The translations under genes and the position numbers were made by a program. A stretch of DNA of 64,000 nt from an uncultured Bacilli bacterium. GTDB taxonomy: Bacteria > Bacillota_I > Bacilli_A > RF39 > UBA660. The stretch lies in contig CAKOUR010000008.1 of assembly GCA_934120635.1 (NCBI GenBank), positions 2,042-66,041 on the forward strand, given 5' to 3'. Below are positions 9,577-20,848 of the stretch, piece after piece. The notes below the pieces were generated by a model, which saw only the letters and a program-made list of their open reading frames with translations, ran no database searches and was not told the origin of the DNA. The number at the start of each line of letters is the position of its first letter. Within the stretch, counting starts at the first letter, position 1.

Positions 9577-9599
9577 TATATTTCAAGAAAACTTTATAT

Positions 9600-9803
9600 G
9601 TGGCTACTGGTCCAACTGGACCTACTGGACCTCAGGGAACTGCTGGCCCTCAAGGAACTGCAGGGGCTACACCAAATTTGACAATTGGAACAGTAACAAC
9701 AGGAAATCCCGGTACACAGGCTGCTGCTACAATAACAGGAACAGAACCAAATTTCATTTTAAATTTAACTATTCCTCAGGGACCTACTGGACCTACAGGT
9801 TAA
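9600..9803 (+). pseudogene. 3' segment of a collagen-like (GXY-repeat) protein gene, without its own start
   Basis: Encodes VATGPTGPTGPQGTAGPQGTAG, then a 38-aa spacer, then GPTGPTG*. The segment is G+C-rich and starts abruptly at 9600. The only upstream in-frame start codon lies inside the recombinase 3' end. Confidence 0.6.
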
Positions 9804-9808
9804 TTTAG

Positions 9809-10906
9809 ATGAACAAATATAAAGTATGCGTTTATGCTATTTGTAAAAATGAGGAAAAGTTTGTTACTAAATGGGTAAATTCAATGAAAGAGGCTGATAA
9901 AATATTTGTATTAGATACTGGATCAGAAGATAATTCTGTTTCTTTATTGAAAGAATTAGGTGTTATTGTAAAGAAAAAAATTATCAAACCATGGAGGTTT
10001 GATGTTGCTAGAAATATTTCTTTAAATATGGTAGATAAAGATGCTGATATTTGTGTTTGTACTGATTTAGATGAAATATTATTACCTGGCTGGCGGGAAA
10101 ATTTAGAGAAAAATTGGGAAAAAGAATTAAATTGTCTTTTTTATCGATATAATTGGAGTTTAGATAAAAATGATGTTCCTAAAGTTAGTTTCTATTTAGG
10201 AAACATTCATGATAGGTTTCATTATCAATGGACTCATCCTGTTCATGAAGTTTTATCTTATTTAGGAAACGATGAAGAAAAAATAAAATATACTGATGAT
10301 ATTACTTTAAATCATTATCCAGATGTCTCTAAAAGTAGAAGTAGTTATCTTCCTTTGTTAGAATTGTCCGTTAAAGAAGATAGTTCTGATGATAGGAATA
10401 TGCATTATCTCGGAAGAGAATATATGTATTATGGTAAATATCAAGAATGTATTGATACTTTAATTCATCATTTATCAATGAAAAAAGCTACCTGGAAAGA
10501 TGAAAGATGTGCTTCTATGCGATTTATTGGAAGATGTTATAAATTCTTAAAAAGATATGATGAAGCTAAAATGTGGTATGAAAAGGCAATTAAAGAAGCG
10601 CCTTATTTAAGAGATGCTTATGTGGAATTAGCATTACTTTACTATGAACTTCATGATTATGGAAATATGATTAAGTATTGTCATCAAGCACTTAGGATAA
10701 AAGAAAAGAAGGATACTTATATTAATGAAGTATTTAGTTGGGATTATACGATTTATGATTTACTTTCTATAGGATTTTTTGAAATAGAAGATTTTGAAAA
10801 AGCACTCTCTTATTCTAAGATGGCTGTTGATATGGAACCTGATAATCAAAGATTAATTGATAATTATCAAATTATTTTGGATACAGTAAACCGATATACA
10901 GATTAA
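9809..10906 (+). CDS. Family-2 glycosyltransferase fused to C-terminal TPR repeats
   Basis: VYAICKNEEKF..., DTGSEDNS and a TDLDE (DxD) motif. The C-terminal half has TPR-like repeats (YLGREYMYYGKYQEC, RCYKFLKRYDEAKMWYEKAIK, ALLYYELHDY). It starts 5 nt after the collagen-like stop. Confidence 0.75.
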   Translation: MNKYKVCVYAICKNEEKFVTKWVNSMKEADKIFVLDTGSEDNSVSLLKELGVIVKKKIIKPWRFDVARNISLNMVDKDADICVCTDLDEILLPGWRENLEKNWEKELNCLFYRYNWSLDKNDVPKVSFYLGNIHDRFHYQWTHPVHEVLSYLGNDEEKIKYTDDITLNHYPDVSKSRSSYLPLLELSVKEDSSDDRNMHYLGREYMYYGKYQECIDTLIHHLSMKKATWKDERCASMRFIGRCYKFLKRYDEAKMWYEKAIKEAPYLRDAYVELALLYYELHDYGNMIKYCHQALRIKEKKDTYINEVFSWDYTIYDLLSIGFFEIEDFEKALSYSKMAVDMEPDNQRLIDNYQIILDTVNRYTD

Positions 10907-11946
10907 TGCATATCGGTTTCTTTTAGTGATTGAAAAAACGGTTTATATGCTGAAGCTAAAGCATAAGTAGTTTCGATCTCTTTTAAAGTATAAAATTGAT
11001 AAGGTAGATTTTTGATGGTTTTTAAGATAATTTTATAAGACTTCATTTTCCATTTTTTATGTGTAAAAATATGAGTATAATTTATATCTTTTTGAATATT
11101 CTTATAAGAAATTGAATTTTTTTCTAGATAAGAAACAATTTCTTTTTTGGAAATGTTTCCTTCTAATTGTGGAAAAGACCATAAATTTTGAAGAAGACTT
11201 TCTTCTTTTCTTTGATATAAAGCATATTTATTTTGATACTGATAAAGAAGTACAGTATAAAATTCTTCTTTTTTTGTACTTTTCTTTTTCTTCACAGGAA
11301 GTGATAAATAAGTATTTTTTTTATAAGATAAACAATCTTTGTTTAATGGGCATTGTAAACAGTTTGGAGTTCCTTTTGGTAAACAGATTGTTTCTCCTAA
11401 TTCCATCATCCCTTGATTAAAATCTCCGGCATCCATGGGTATCACTTGCATTAAATAATGCCGAATTTCTTTTTTTACTTTTGGTTCATCTATGTTCCTT
11501 TTATCATTGAAAAATCTTGTAAATACTCTTAGAACATTACCATCAATAGTTACTTCTTTTTGATTGAAACAAATAGAAGAAATAGCACTTGCTGTATACT
11601 CTCCAATTCCAGGAAGTTTTAGGATTTCCACATATTCTGTGGGAAACTTTCCTTGATATTCTTGTTCAATAATTTGGGCAGTTTTTTTGAGGTTTTTAGC
11701 CCTTGAATAATAACCTAATCCTTCCCATAACTTTAATAATTTTTCTTCATCAATGGTAGCTAAATCATGAATTGTTGGTAAGAATGTGATAAATCTTTCA
11801 TAGTAAGGAATGACAGCTTCTATTCTTGTTTGTTGAAGCATGATTTCTGATATCCAAATATGATAAGGATTGTTGTCTTTCCTCCAAGGAAGATCTCTTT
11901 TATTTTTTTGATACCATATACTTAATTTTGCTAATTCGTTTTTCAT
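10903..11946 (-). CDS. mutY: A/G-specific adenine DNA glycosylase
   Basis: HhH-GPD motif (LPGIGEYTASAI...DGNVLRV), 4Fe-4S Cys cluster (CLPKGTPNCLQCPLNKDC) and a NUDIX-like C-terminal domain. Confidence 0.85.
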   Translation of the reverse strand: MKNELAKLSIWYQKNKRDLPWRKDNNPYHIWISEIMLQQTRIEAVIPYYERFITFLPTIHDLATIDEEKLLKLWEGLGYYSRAKNLKKTAQIIEQEYQGKFPTEYVEILKLPGIGEYTASAISSICFNQKEVTIDGNVLRVFTRFFNDKRNIDEPKVKKEIRHYLMQVIPMDAGDFNQGMMELGETICLPKGTPNCLQCPLNKDCLSYKKNTYLSLPVKKKKSTKKEEFYTVLLYQYQNKYALYQRKEESLLQNLWSFPQLEGNISKKEIVSYLEKNSISYKNIQKDINYTHIFTHKKWKMKSYKIILKTIKNLPYQFYTLKEIETTYALASAYKPFFQSLKETDMH

Positions 11947-11956
11947 GATAAAGTAC

Positions 11957-12844
11957 TTAACAATTCCTTTTTCTATTTATATCATTTGAACCTGGATAGT
12001 TTTTTTTGATTTCCTTTGATAATATTTTTGCTTTTTCTGTTGTATCAAGAATTGGTTCTTGCAATGTTATTGTTGATGGTAATTCTTCAATAAAAGAATA
12101 ATTATTTTGCTGGTTTAATTTTGCTTCTGATACTAAAAAGCAAGAAGATTTTGGTACTTTATCTTTAATGAAGGCAGTAGCGTCTATTAAGGATGATTGT
12201 CCATTTTGTAAGGTTACTTTATTTAAAGAATGAAAATTATCATTATGCTTTGCTGATATTACCTCTATATTTAATCCTAAAGTTTGACCTGTTATACTAA
12301 GAAAATTAGCAATATCAGAACATAATCCTTGTCCCATTACAAGTACACTATTATAATCAGAATCTATAGGAATATTATCTTTAAAATCAAAAGCGTAATC
12401 TGATACAAATGGAATTTGATTGCAATATTTATAACAATCATAAGAATATTTAAAGTACTCTGTAGTAAAATCAAAGAGAAGGGATAGTTTTTCTGATTCG
12501 TTCTTTGGTGTTGATAAAGTACTTAATAAGACTTTCTTCATTTGTAAAGCAATTTGATCGATTGTGTTCCTATTTAATTTAAGTATTGTGTGATAATTTT
12601 GTTGATAAGTATCTAATCTTTCTTTTAATTGCTTGATATTTCTATTTTTTAAATTTTCTAGACTAATTTCTCTTTCTTTGCTAAAAAGAAGCGCTGTGTT
12701 ATATTCCCTTTGAAATTTTTTTTGCATTTCAGTACCTGATTTTTCTATCATCTCCTGATTCTCTTCATATTTTTTGATAGAATAAATTATTAATTCATCA
12801 TAAATATTTTTAATATCTTCATCAGTAAAAAACGTTTCGAGCAT
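11957..12844 (-). CDS. Hypothetical protein; possible transglutaminase-like Cys-His-Asp core
   Basis: GQGLCSDIANFL...LGLNIEVISAKHNDNFHSLNKV...LIDAT pattern. Weak, motif only. Confidence 0.45.
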   Translation of the reverse strand: MLETFFTDEDIKNIYDELIIYSIKKYEENQEMIEKSGTEMQKKFQREYNTALLFSKEREISLENLKNRNIKQLKERLDTYQQNYHTILKLNRNTIDQIALQMKKVLLSTLSTPKNESEKLSLLFDFTTEYFKYSYDCYKYCNQIPFVSDYAFDFKDNIPIDSDYNSVLVMGQGLCSDIANFLSITGQTLGLNIEVISAKHNDNFHSLNKVTLQNGQSSLIDATAFIKDKVPKSSCFLVSEAKLNQQNNYSFIEELPSTITLQEPILDTTEKAKILSKEIKKNYPGSNDINRKRNC

Positions 12845-12864
12845 TTTATCCTCCTTAATTTAAG

Positions 12865-12892
12865 AAAAGCGTAAGGATAAGCCATACGCTTT
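12865..12892 (-). terminator. Hairpin downstream of eno
   Basis: AAGCGTA...TACGCTT stem immediately after the eno stop, with a short T-run on the minus strand. Confidence 0.4.
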
Positions 12893-12896
12893 CATA

Positions 12897-14182
<1,286 letters not shown>

Positions 14183-14217
14183 AATTTTTAATAAATAGTT
14201 AATTATCTTCTTTAGAA

Positions 14218-14246
14218 TTGACATTTTTATGTAAAATATATATAAT
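14218..14246 (+). promoter_or_regulatory. SigA-type promoter for the 14261 gene
   Basis: TTGACA (14218-14223), 17 nt spacer, TATAAT (14241-14246). Confidence 0.5.
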
Positions 14247-14260
14247 TTTAATAAATAGAA

Positions 14261-14767
14261 ATGAGTGATGATGTGGAAAGTTTAGTTAATTTTTTTATAG
14301 GATTATTTGGTGGGGCTGCTAAAGAAGTTGTTATTTTTATTATTTCTTTAATGCCTATTTTGGAACTTCGAGGAGGACTTTTGGCTGCGTCTCTTCTTCA
14401 TGTAGAATATATAAAGGCTGCAATGATTTGTGTAATTGGTAATGTATTACCGATTCCTTTTGTTCTTTTATTCTTAGAGAAAATATTAGATTTATTTGAA
14501 AAATGGAAGGTTACGAAAAAAGTAGTTGTTTGGTTAGAGAAAAAGGTCGATAATAAAAGAGAACAAATTGATAAATATGGCTATTTAGGTCTTGCTTTAT
14601 TTGTTGGTATTCCTCTACCTGGTACTGGTGCTTGGACTGGTTCCTTACTTGCTGTTATGCTTGGGATGAATAAAAAGAAATCTTTTCTCTTTATTTTAAT
14701 CGGTGTATTGATGGCAGCTATTATTATGAGTATTTTATCTTATGGAATTTTAGGGAGTATTCTCTAA
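14261..14767 (+). CDS. Small multidrug-export-family membrane protein (COG2426-like)
   Basis: The PILELRGGL motif and four hydrophobic helices are typical of the Sm_multidrug_ex family. 168 aa. Confidence 0.6.
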   Translation: MSDDVESLVNFFIGLFGGAAKEVVIFIISLMPILELRGGLLAASLLHVEYIKAAMICVIGNVLPIPFVLLFLEKILDLFEKWKVTKKVVVWLEKKVDNKREQIDKYGYLGLALFVGIPLPGTGAWTGSLLAVMLGMNKKKSFLFILIGVLMAAIIMSILSYGILGSIL

Positions 14768-14795
14768 TTTTTTTATAGAAAGGTAAGATATTAAG

Positions 14796-16490
14796 ATGAA
14801 GAAAGATATAAATATTTTAATTGATGAGATAGTTTCAAATGTAAAAGATGAGTGGCCTATTCTTTATAAAATTAGATATGTCTATTTAGCATTGGGAAAA
14901 GAGTTAATGAGGGATACTGATTTCTTTTTATCAGTAGATGGAAAATTAGGAAATGCCAATTTATCTAATCAAGAAATTATTGATATTTATAATAGTGAAA
15001 AAGGGAGAGGTCTTGCAGTAATTTGCAAATCTGCCTCTTCTATTTTAAAGATGGCTTATGATAGATTAGGAATTCATTCTGAATTAATTGAAACGAATAC
15101 TTCTTTAGCAACAATCTATGATGAAGGAGAATTTTTAATTAATCATTGGTTTTTAGCAGTATATGATGATAAAGGAAAAGCCTATTTTATGACATTAACT
15201 CCAGATTTAGGCTATATTCAAATGAATATGGAAACCAGACATTTTGCTTCTAATATTCCTTATATTAGAGATTTTGGTTCTAAGAAGATGCAAGTATATA
15301 AAGGAGAAGAAATCAAACCTAGTTCTATTTCAAGAGATGAATTACAAAAAATTGATATAGAAATTGGCTATATAAAAAGAGAATATTTATATAATGACAA
15401 ATATCAAAAAGGAAAGAACTGGAAAAAAAATTATGATAATGCAGCATTTTCCATGTTAAAAAATGAAATGAATAATAATAAACTATTCTATGAGATTGCT
15501 TTACAAAAATCTTCCTTTTATCATTTTTGTACAAACTTTAGGGGAGAAAATGGAAGATATATTTCTTTTGAACAAGATGATTTAGTTAATTTAACAAACG
15601 AAGATTGGTATTGTTTTAATAAAATTATTTGTAAACAAGTTTTAAATAGAATAAATAAGCTTCTAGGATATGAGGTATTTATTATTCCAAATATTAGTAG
15701 TAAATATTGGAATTATGAATCTTGGCTACTTAATTTATGTGTTAAATTACAAGATGATATACTAAAGAGAATGAACTTGAAAAATGAAGCAGATACTAAT
15801 ATAACTATTGATTTAAATCATTTTGAATATAATAAATGGTCTCGAGAGATAAAATCAAAATATATATCTAACCAATCTTATGATGATATCTTAAGTATTC
15901 TAGATAAAATGAATTCTTTAGTAAAAAGTACTCAAGAAGAAAACACAAGAAAAAATGTTGGTATTTTACTTCATAAACTAGGTTATCATTTTATTTCTAC
16001 GAAATATATTTATGAAAAAAATATTGATGAAAATGGATACTTATCTAATAGTTATATTGCAAATAAGTTTAATCTTTTATTTCCTTATGTATTTAGTTGT
16101 AATGATGTTATTACGGATTTTAATAAAATGGGTTATAGTGAGCAGGTTTCTATTATTAAAGAAGTTATAATGTTAATGTTTTCTGAAATTAGTAAAAATA
16201 ATTCTATTGGGTTAAATGGATATAACGAAAACTATAATGCTACTTTTAATCGAATACAGATGTATACTGTTAGAAATAAAGAAACACAGGATTATTCAAT
16301 TATTTTTAATATTCCTAGTAATAGCAATGAATTTGATTATTACTTCTTTTATAACCCAGGAAATAATTTATTTAAGGCCGTTAACTTTTTAGATTTTTAT
16401 AATGATTATACTATTGTTAGTAATCGTCTTAAAAATAAGCTAAGTATTATGGATTTAGAAAAGATTGAAAAAAAAGGAAAAAAATTTTAG
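14796..16490 (+). CDS. Hypothetical protein (564 aa); N-terminal region with a possible transglutaminase-like core
   Basis: RGLAVICKSASSILKMAYDRLGIHSELIE...INHWFLAVYDDKGKAYF. The Cys..His..Asp spacing resembles that of the 11957 ORF. Confidence 0.5.
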   Translation: MKKDINILIDEIVSNVKDEWPILYKIRYVYLALGKELMRDTDFFLSVDGKLGNANLSNQEIIDIYNSEKGRGLAVICKSASSILKMAYDRLGIHSELIETNTSLATIYDEGEFLINHWFLAVYDDKGKAYFMTLTPDLGYIQMNMETRHFASNIPYIRDFGSKKMQVYKGEEIKPSSISRDELQKIDIEIGYIKREYLYNDKYQKGKNWKKNYDNAAFSMLKNEMNNNKLFYEIALQKSSFYHFCTNFRGENGRYISFEQDDLVNLTNEDWYCFNKIICKQVLNRINKLLGYEVFIIPNISSKYWNYESWLLNLCVKLQDDILKRMNLKNEADTNITIDLNHFEYNKWSREIKSKYISNQSYDDILSILDKMNSLVKSTQEENTRKNVGILLHKLGYHFISTKYIYEKNIDENGYLSNSYIANKFNLLFPYVFSCNDVITDFNKMGYSEQVSIIKEVIMLMFSEISKNNSIGLNGYNENYNATFNRIQMYTVRNKETQDYSIIFNIPSNSNEFDYYFFYNPGNNLFKAVNFLDFYNDYTIVSNRLKNKLSIMDLEKIEKKGKKF

Positions 16491-16780
16491 CGTTTCTTTC
16501 CTTTTTTCAATTGTTCTTGAACTTTACTATAATAGTTTAAAAATCTTAAATATTGCTTGTTTTTATCATTCTTTTTTACTTCAGTAATATTTATATCTTG
16601 ATTTTGAAAAATCTGAATAATATTAAAAATTTGTTTATCTATTACTTCTTCATTTTTATCTTTAAGTAAAAGATGATATTCGTATCCTAAATCATCTGAT
16701 TGACTTTTTTGGGAATATAAATATATTTCTTCATTATTTTCATCTTTATATACATATATATTATCAATACTATTTTTCAT
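16487..16780 (-). CDS. Hypothetical small protein (97 aa)
   Basis: ORF convergent with the previous gene, overlapping it by 4 nt. No motif. Confidence 0.4.
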   Translation of the reverse strand: MKNSIDNIYVYKDENNEEIYLYSQKSQSDDLGYEYHLLLKDKNEEVIDKQIFNIIQIFQNQDINITEVKKNDKNKQYLRFLNYYSKVQEQLKKGKKR

Positions 16781-16868
16781 TATAACACCCTATTTCTTAG
16801 TTTATTGTATCATTTTTCTTAAAGGTATGCAATGAAAGTAATAAAACTTAAGCATCTTGTTAAGTATT

Positions 16869-18524
16869 TTATGTTTCAAAATAACTATCGCCAATAAATT
16901 CTCTTAAAATAGATAGTTTAGGAACATCATTACTTGGTATTGGTAAAACTAATTTTAAAATTTCTAGTAAACGAATTGCTGTATGATATTCTGGATCTTC
17001 TGGTGGTACTGAATATAATAAAGGCTCTACATAAGTTTTCAAGACACTTAATTCATAGACTAAGAATGTATTAAAAATAACATTTGCTTCATCTTGATAA
17101 GGGAAAACATATTTTTCTTCACCTTTTCTAACATCTTGCCAAGAAGATAGTGTTTTAGATGGACTATGTCCTCTTGTTCTATAATCTCTTATCATTCGGC
17201 GAAGTAATCTAATGTCAGTTAAACTAATTCGATTATCATTATCTATATTTAAATAAATTAATGGACTAATATATATTTTATATTTATTTTTCTTAGGTAT
17301 TTCTTTACTTATCTCTTCGTTTAATGCATGTAATCCTTCTACAATTAAAATATCATTTTCTTCTAATTTTAAAGGACGATTGAATTCTTTTTTCCCTGTA
17401 ATAAAGTTATAAGTTGGTGTTACTACAGATACTCCTTTTAGAAGTTTTTCCATTTGATTATTAAATAGTTTAGTATCAATTGCTTTAATTCCTTCATAAT
17501 CTGGTTTTCCTTCTTCATCTAATGGAGTTCTTTCTCTTTCTTGAAAATAATCATCTAAAGATAAATGGTGTGGACTTAAACCTAAGGTTTTTAAATATAA
17601 GGCTAGTTTTTTTGCAGTTGTTGTTTTTCCAGAAGAAGAAGGTCCTGATAATAATACTACTTTTATATTTTCTTTTTTTAAAGTTATTTCTTCTGCTATA
17701 GATAGTAGTTTATAATCTTGTAAAATTTCAGCTAAATTGATAATTTCTCCTGCTCCTCTTGCTATAACTTGTTCATTTAATTCTCCAATATTATTGATAT
17801 GAAGTAAGTTTCCCCATTTAGCATATTCTTCTAGGCTATTTACATATTTTTCGTGATAAGTAAACTTAGTTATCTTTCCATTAGTTCGTGTAAAAGGGAA
17901 TCTAAGAACAATGCCTTTATCTTCTAATAAAGTTAAATCAAACTTCTTTAAAATACTAGCATCATTTGGTAAATCTCCAATAATATAGTTGTAAATACCA
18001 TCAAATTTATATAATTTTACAAAATTGGAAATTGTATAAGATAATGTTTTTACTTTATCGTATCTTTTTAATTTTTTGAAATACTCAATTGCTTCTATTC
18101 TAGATGTTTCTAATTGTTCAAATGGAAGAGCTGCTTTTACTTTGGAATGCATTAATTCTTTAATTTTTTCTACATCTTCATCTGTTATTTTTTTATCAAT
18201 TTCACAATAAATTCCTTTATCTATTGGATGCCTAATTTTAATTTTTGTATCTTTTCCTAGAACTCTTAATGTACAAGTTTCAAACAAAAAAATAAGTCCT
18301 CTTTCATAAATTTTATTTCCTTGAGGAGTAGTAATATCATATAGTTCTAATACTCCACTTTTCATAATTGCATCATCATAGCCAATTAATTGATTTTTGA
18401 ATTTGGCACTAATAATATCAAACGGGTAATTTTGCTTTATATCTTCAATAATTTCTTTTAGTTTTACTCCTTTTTTATATTCTTTTTTATCTCCGTTTGA
18501 GAAAGTTATTATTATATTATCCAT
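16869..18524 (-). CDS. Uridine/nucleoside-kinase-family protein with an N-terminal TGS-like domain
   Basis: P-loop LLSGPSSSGKTTTAKKL and a kinase-like C-terminal half (ILIVEGLHALN, RLLRRMIRDYRTRG). The N-terminal ~60 aa have a TGS-like beta-grasp pattern. Confidence 0.65.
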   Translation of the reverse strand: MDNIIITFSNGDKKEYKKGVKLKEIIEDIKQNYPFDIISAKFKNQLIGYDDAIMKSGVLELYDITTPQGNKIYERGLIFLFETCTLRVLGKDTKIKIRHPIDKGIYCEIDKKITDEDVEKIKELMHSKVKAALPFEQLETSRIEAIEYFKKLKRYDKVKTLSYTISNFVKLYKFDGIYNYIIGDLPNDASILKKFDLTLLEDKGIVLRFPFTRTNGKITKFTYHEKYVNSLEEYAKWGNLLHINNIGELNEQVIARGAGEIINLAEILQDYKLLSIAEEITLKKENIKVVLLSGPSSSGKTTTAKKLALYLKTLGLSPHHLSLDDYFQERERTPLDEEGKPDYEGIKAIDTKLFNNQMEKLLKGVSVVTPTYNFITGKKEFNRPLKLEENDILIVEGLHALNEEISKEIPKKNKYKIYISPLIYLNIDNDNRISLTDIRLLRRMIRDYRTRGHSPSKTLSSWQDVRKGEEKYVFPYQDEANVIFNTFLVYELSVLKTYVEPLLYSVPPEDPEYHTAIRLLEILKLVLPIPSNDVPKLSILREFIGDSYFET

Positions 18525-18657
18525 AATATATCACCATTTTCCTTTTTACTCTTTTACTATTAGTCTATTTTTATTATACAATACTTATGTAGATTTTGTC
18601 AAAAAAAAATCTGAATAAAATTGTGGTTAATAGATTAAACTATTTATAGGTGATAAT

Positions 18658-19236
18658 ATGAATTTGGTTCCAACAGTTATTGAGAAGTCTAATTATGGGG
18701 AGAGGGCTTATGATATTTATTCTAGGCTTCTTAAAGATAGAATTATTATTTTAAGTGGAGAAATTAATGATGTGATGTCTAATAGTATTGTTGCACAACT
18801 TTTGTATTTAGATGGAATTAATCATGATGATATTAGTATTTATATCAATTCTCCTGGTGGATCTATTACAGCAGGAATGGCAATTTATGATACGATGAAT
18901 TTTGTTACAAGTAATGTTAGTACAATTTGTATTGGTATGGCTGCTTCGATGGCTGCATTTCTTTTGTCTAGTGGAGAAAAAGGAAAGAGGTATTGTTTAG
19001 AAAATGCTGAGGTAATGATTCATCAACCGTTAGGTGGAGCTCAAGGTCAGGCTACGGAAATTAAAATTGCAGCAGAAAGAATATTGAAATTAAAAAAGAG
19101 ATTAAATAAAATTCTTTCTGAAAATACTGGTAAAAGTTTACGGAAAGTAGAAAAAGATACAGAGAGAGATTACTTTATGGAAAGTAATGAGGCACTAAAG
19201 TACGGAATTATTGATAAAATATTAAAGAAAAGGTGA
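18658..19236 (+). CDS. clpP: ATP-dependent Clp protease proteolytic subunit
   Basis: [33 protein letters not shown], catalytic Ser in [21 protein letters not shown] stop. Confidence 0.95.
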   Translation: MNLVPTVIEKSNYGERAYDIYSRLLKDRIIILSGEINDVMSNSIVAQLLYLDGINHDDISIYINSPGGSITAGMAIYDTMNFVTSNVSTICIGMAASMAAFLLSSGEKGKRYCLENAEVMIHQPLGGAQGQATEIKIAAERILKLKKRLNKILSENTGKSLRKVEKDTERDYFMESNEALKYGIIDKILKKR

Positions 19237-19258
19237 TTCCTTTTCTTTTATTATGATT

Positions 19259-20848
19259 TTATAAATTTTGATAGGTAGAGATAATAGATTCGGCTACTTT
19301 TAATCCATCCATTGCTGAAGTGGTTATTCCACCTGCGTATCCTGCACCTTCTCCACATGGATAGATTCCTTTTATTGGTGATTCTAAATTTTCATCTCTA
19401 GGAATTCTAATGGGAGATGAAGTTCTACTTTCCACACCTGCTAAAATTGCATTATCATCATTAAATCCTAGAATTTTTTGTTCAAAATTAGGAAGTGCTT
19501 CTTTGATAGAATCTGTTATATAACTTGGAAATAATTTATTTAAATCGGCTAGTTGATAATCTCCTTTAAAGATTGGTTTGATGTTTCCTAATTTTTTACT
19601 TTCCACAGAATTGTGGAAATCTTTTATTGTTTGAATTGGAATTTTACCGTTTCCTAAAATATAAGCTTTTTCTTCTAAATTTCTTTGAAATGTCAAACCA
19701 TCTAGTGGGTTAGTTCCATAGTCTTTTGGGGAGATGGTTACTACAATGGCACTATTAGCATTTAGACTATTTCTATCATGATAACTCATGCCATTAATGG
19801 CTAATCTTTTCTCTTCAGATGAGGCATTTACTACATATCCTCCTGGACACATACAAAATGAATATACTCCTCTTCCCTCTTTCGTTTGGTAAGTTAGTTT
19901 ATAACTTGCTGGTGGGAGAAGTTTGTTATTTTTTCCATATTGATTAATATTAATTAATTCTTGAGGATGTTGTATTCTAAGTCCTACAGCAAATGGTTTT
20001 GGTTCTAGATAAAATGCTGTTTTATCTAACATTTCAAAGGTATCTCTAGCACTATGACCAATAGCTAAAACTAAAATATCAGTATTTATTATTTCTTTAT
20101 GATTAATTTCAATAGAAGTAATCTTATTTTCTTTAATGTTAATATTGGTAAGTGTTGTATTATAATGAAACTCTCCTCCAAAGTCAATTATCTTTTTTCT
20201 TAAGTTAACGATGACTTTTCTTAAAACATCTGTTCCAATATGAGGATTATTTGTATATAAAATATCTTTATCAGCACCTGATTCAACAAATATTTCAAAA
20301 ACTTTTTTCATTCGAAAACTTTTGTCTTTTACTAAAGTATTTAATTTTCCATCTGAAAAAGTTCCTGCACCACCTTCACCAAATTGAACATTTGAATTTT
20401 TATTTAGTATTCCTGTTTTCCAAAAATTTTCAACAGATTTAACTCGTTCTTCTATCTTTTCTCCTCGTTCAATGATAATAGGCTTATATCCTTTTTCTGC
20501 TAAAAGATAAGCACAAAATAATCCTGCAGGGCCACTTCCTACAATAATAGGTCGATAGTTTATTTTTTTGTTTCCTATTTCAGGATAAATATATTTTTCT
20601 TCAGGAGTTAAAAATATATCTTTATTTAGTTGATGTTTCTTTAGTAAATGTTCTTCATTTTTTACGTCAACATTTACTTCATAGATGTAAAATATATTCG
20701 GTTTTTTTCTGGCATCTAATGATTTCTTAGAAATAGATATTGCTTTAATATCAGACTCTGAACATTTTAAAATGAGAGATATTTTTTTCTTTAGATGGTT
20801 AATATTATCTTTTTCTATGGGAATTTTAATTTGTCTTATTCTAATCAT
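19259..20848 (-). CDS. FAD-dependent oxidoreductase (COG2509-type)
   Basis: Dinucleotide fold IIVGSGPAGLFCAYLLAEKG and C-terminal GEGAGYAGGI motif. 529 aa. Confidence 0.7.
   Translation of the reverse strand: MIRIRQIKIPIEKDNINHLKKKISLILKCSESDIKAISISKKSLDARKKPNIFYIYEVNVDVKNEEHLLKKHQLNKDIFLTPEEKYIYPEIGNKKINYRPIIVGSGPAGLFCAYLLAEKGYKPIIIERGEKIEERVKSVENFWKTGILNKNSNVQFGEGGAGTFSDGKLNTLVKDKSFRMKKVFEIFVESGADKDILYTNNPHIGTDVLRKVIVNLRKKIIDFGGEFHYNTTLTNINIKENKITSIEINHKEIINTDILVLAIGHSARDTFEMLDKTAFYLEPKPFAVGLRIQHPQELININQYGKNNKLLPPASYKLTYQTKEGRGVYSFCMCPGGYVVNASSEEKRLAINGMSYHDRNSLNANSAIVVTISPKDYGTNPLDGLTFQRNLEEKAYILGNGKIPIQTIKDFHNSVESKKLGNIKPIFKGDYQLADLNKLFPSYITDSIKEALPNFEQKILGFNDDNAILAGVESRTSSPIRIPRDENLESPIKGIYPCGEGAGYAGGITTSAMDGLKVAESIISTYQNL

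Larger units (their letters stand above)
1..9599. mobile_element. Right-hand portion of an integrated element whose left end lies outside the window. It carries cadC-cadA, five unknown genes and a decayed ABC gene, and ends with a large serine recombinase.
   Basis: The recombinase gene sits at the extreme edge. Composition and coding content change abruptly at ~9600. The cargo is a metal-resistance pair plus a gene remnant, all in one orientation. The boundary is inferred, not proven. Confidence 0.45.

Noticed and set aside
9561-9599. N-terminal extension (MEFFIIYFKKTLY) of the collagen-like ORF
   Set aside because: These codons overlap the recombinase 3' end and the AT-rich element edge. 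They have no RBS, and the collagen-like sequence and the composition shift begin only at 9600.
18585-18615. Possible CtsR operator upstream of clpP
   Set aside because: Only a single GTCAAA heptad-like element is present, within an AGATTTT...AAAATCT palindrome. The tandem direct repeat expected for CtsR is absent.
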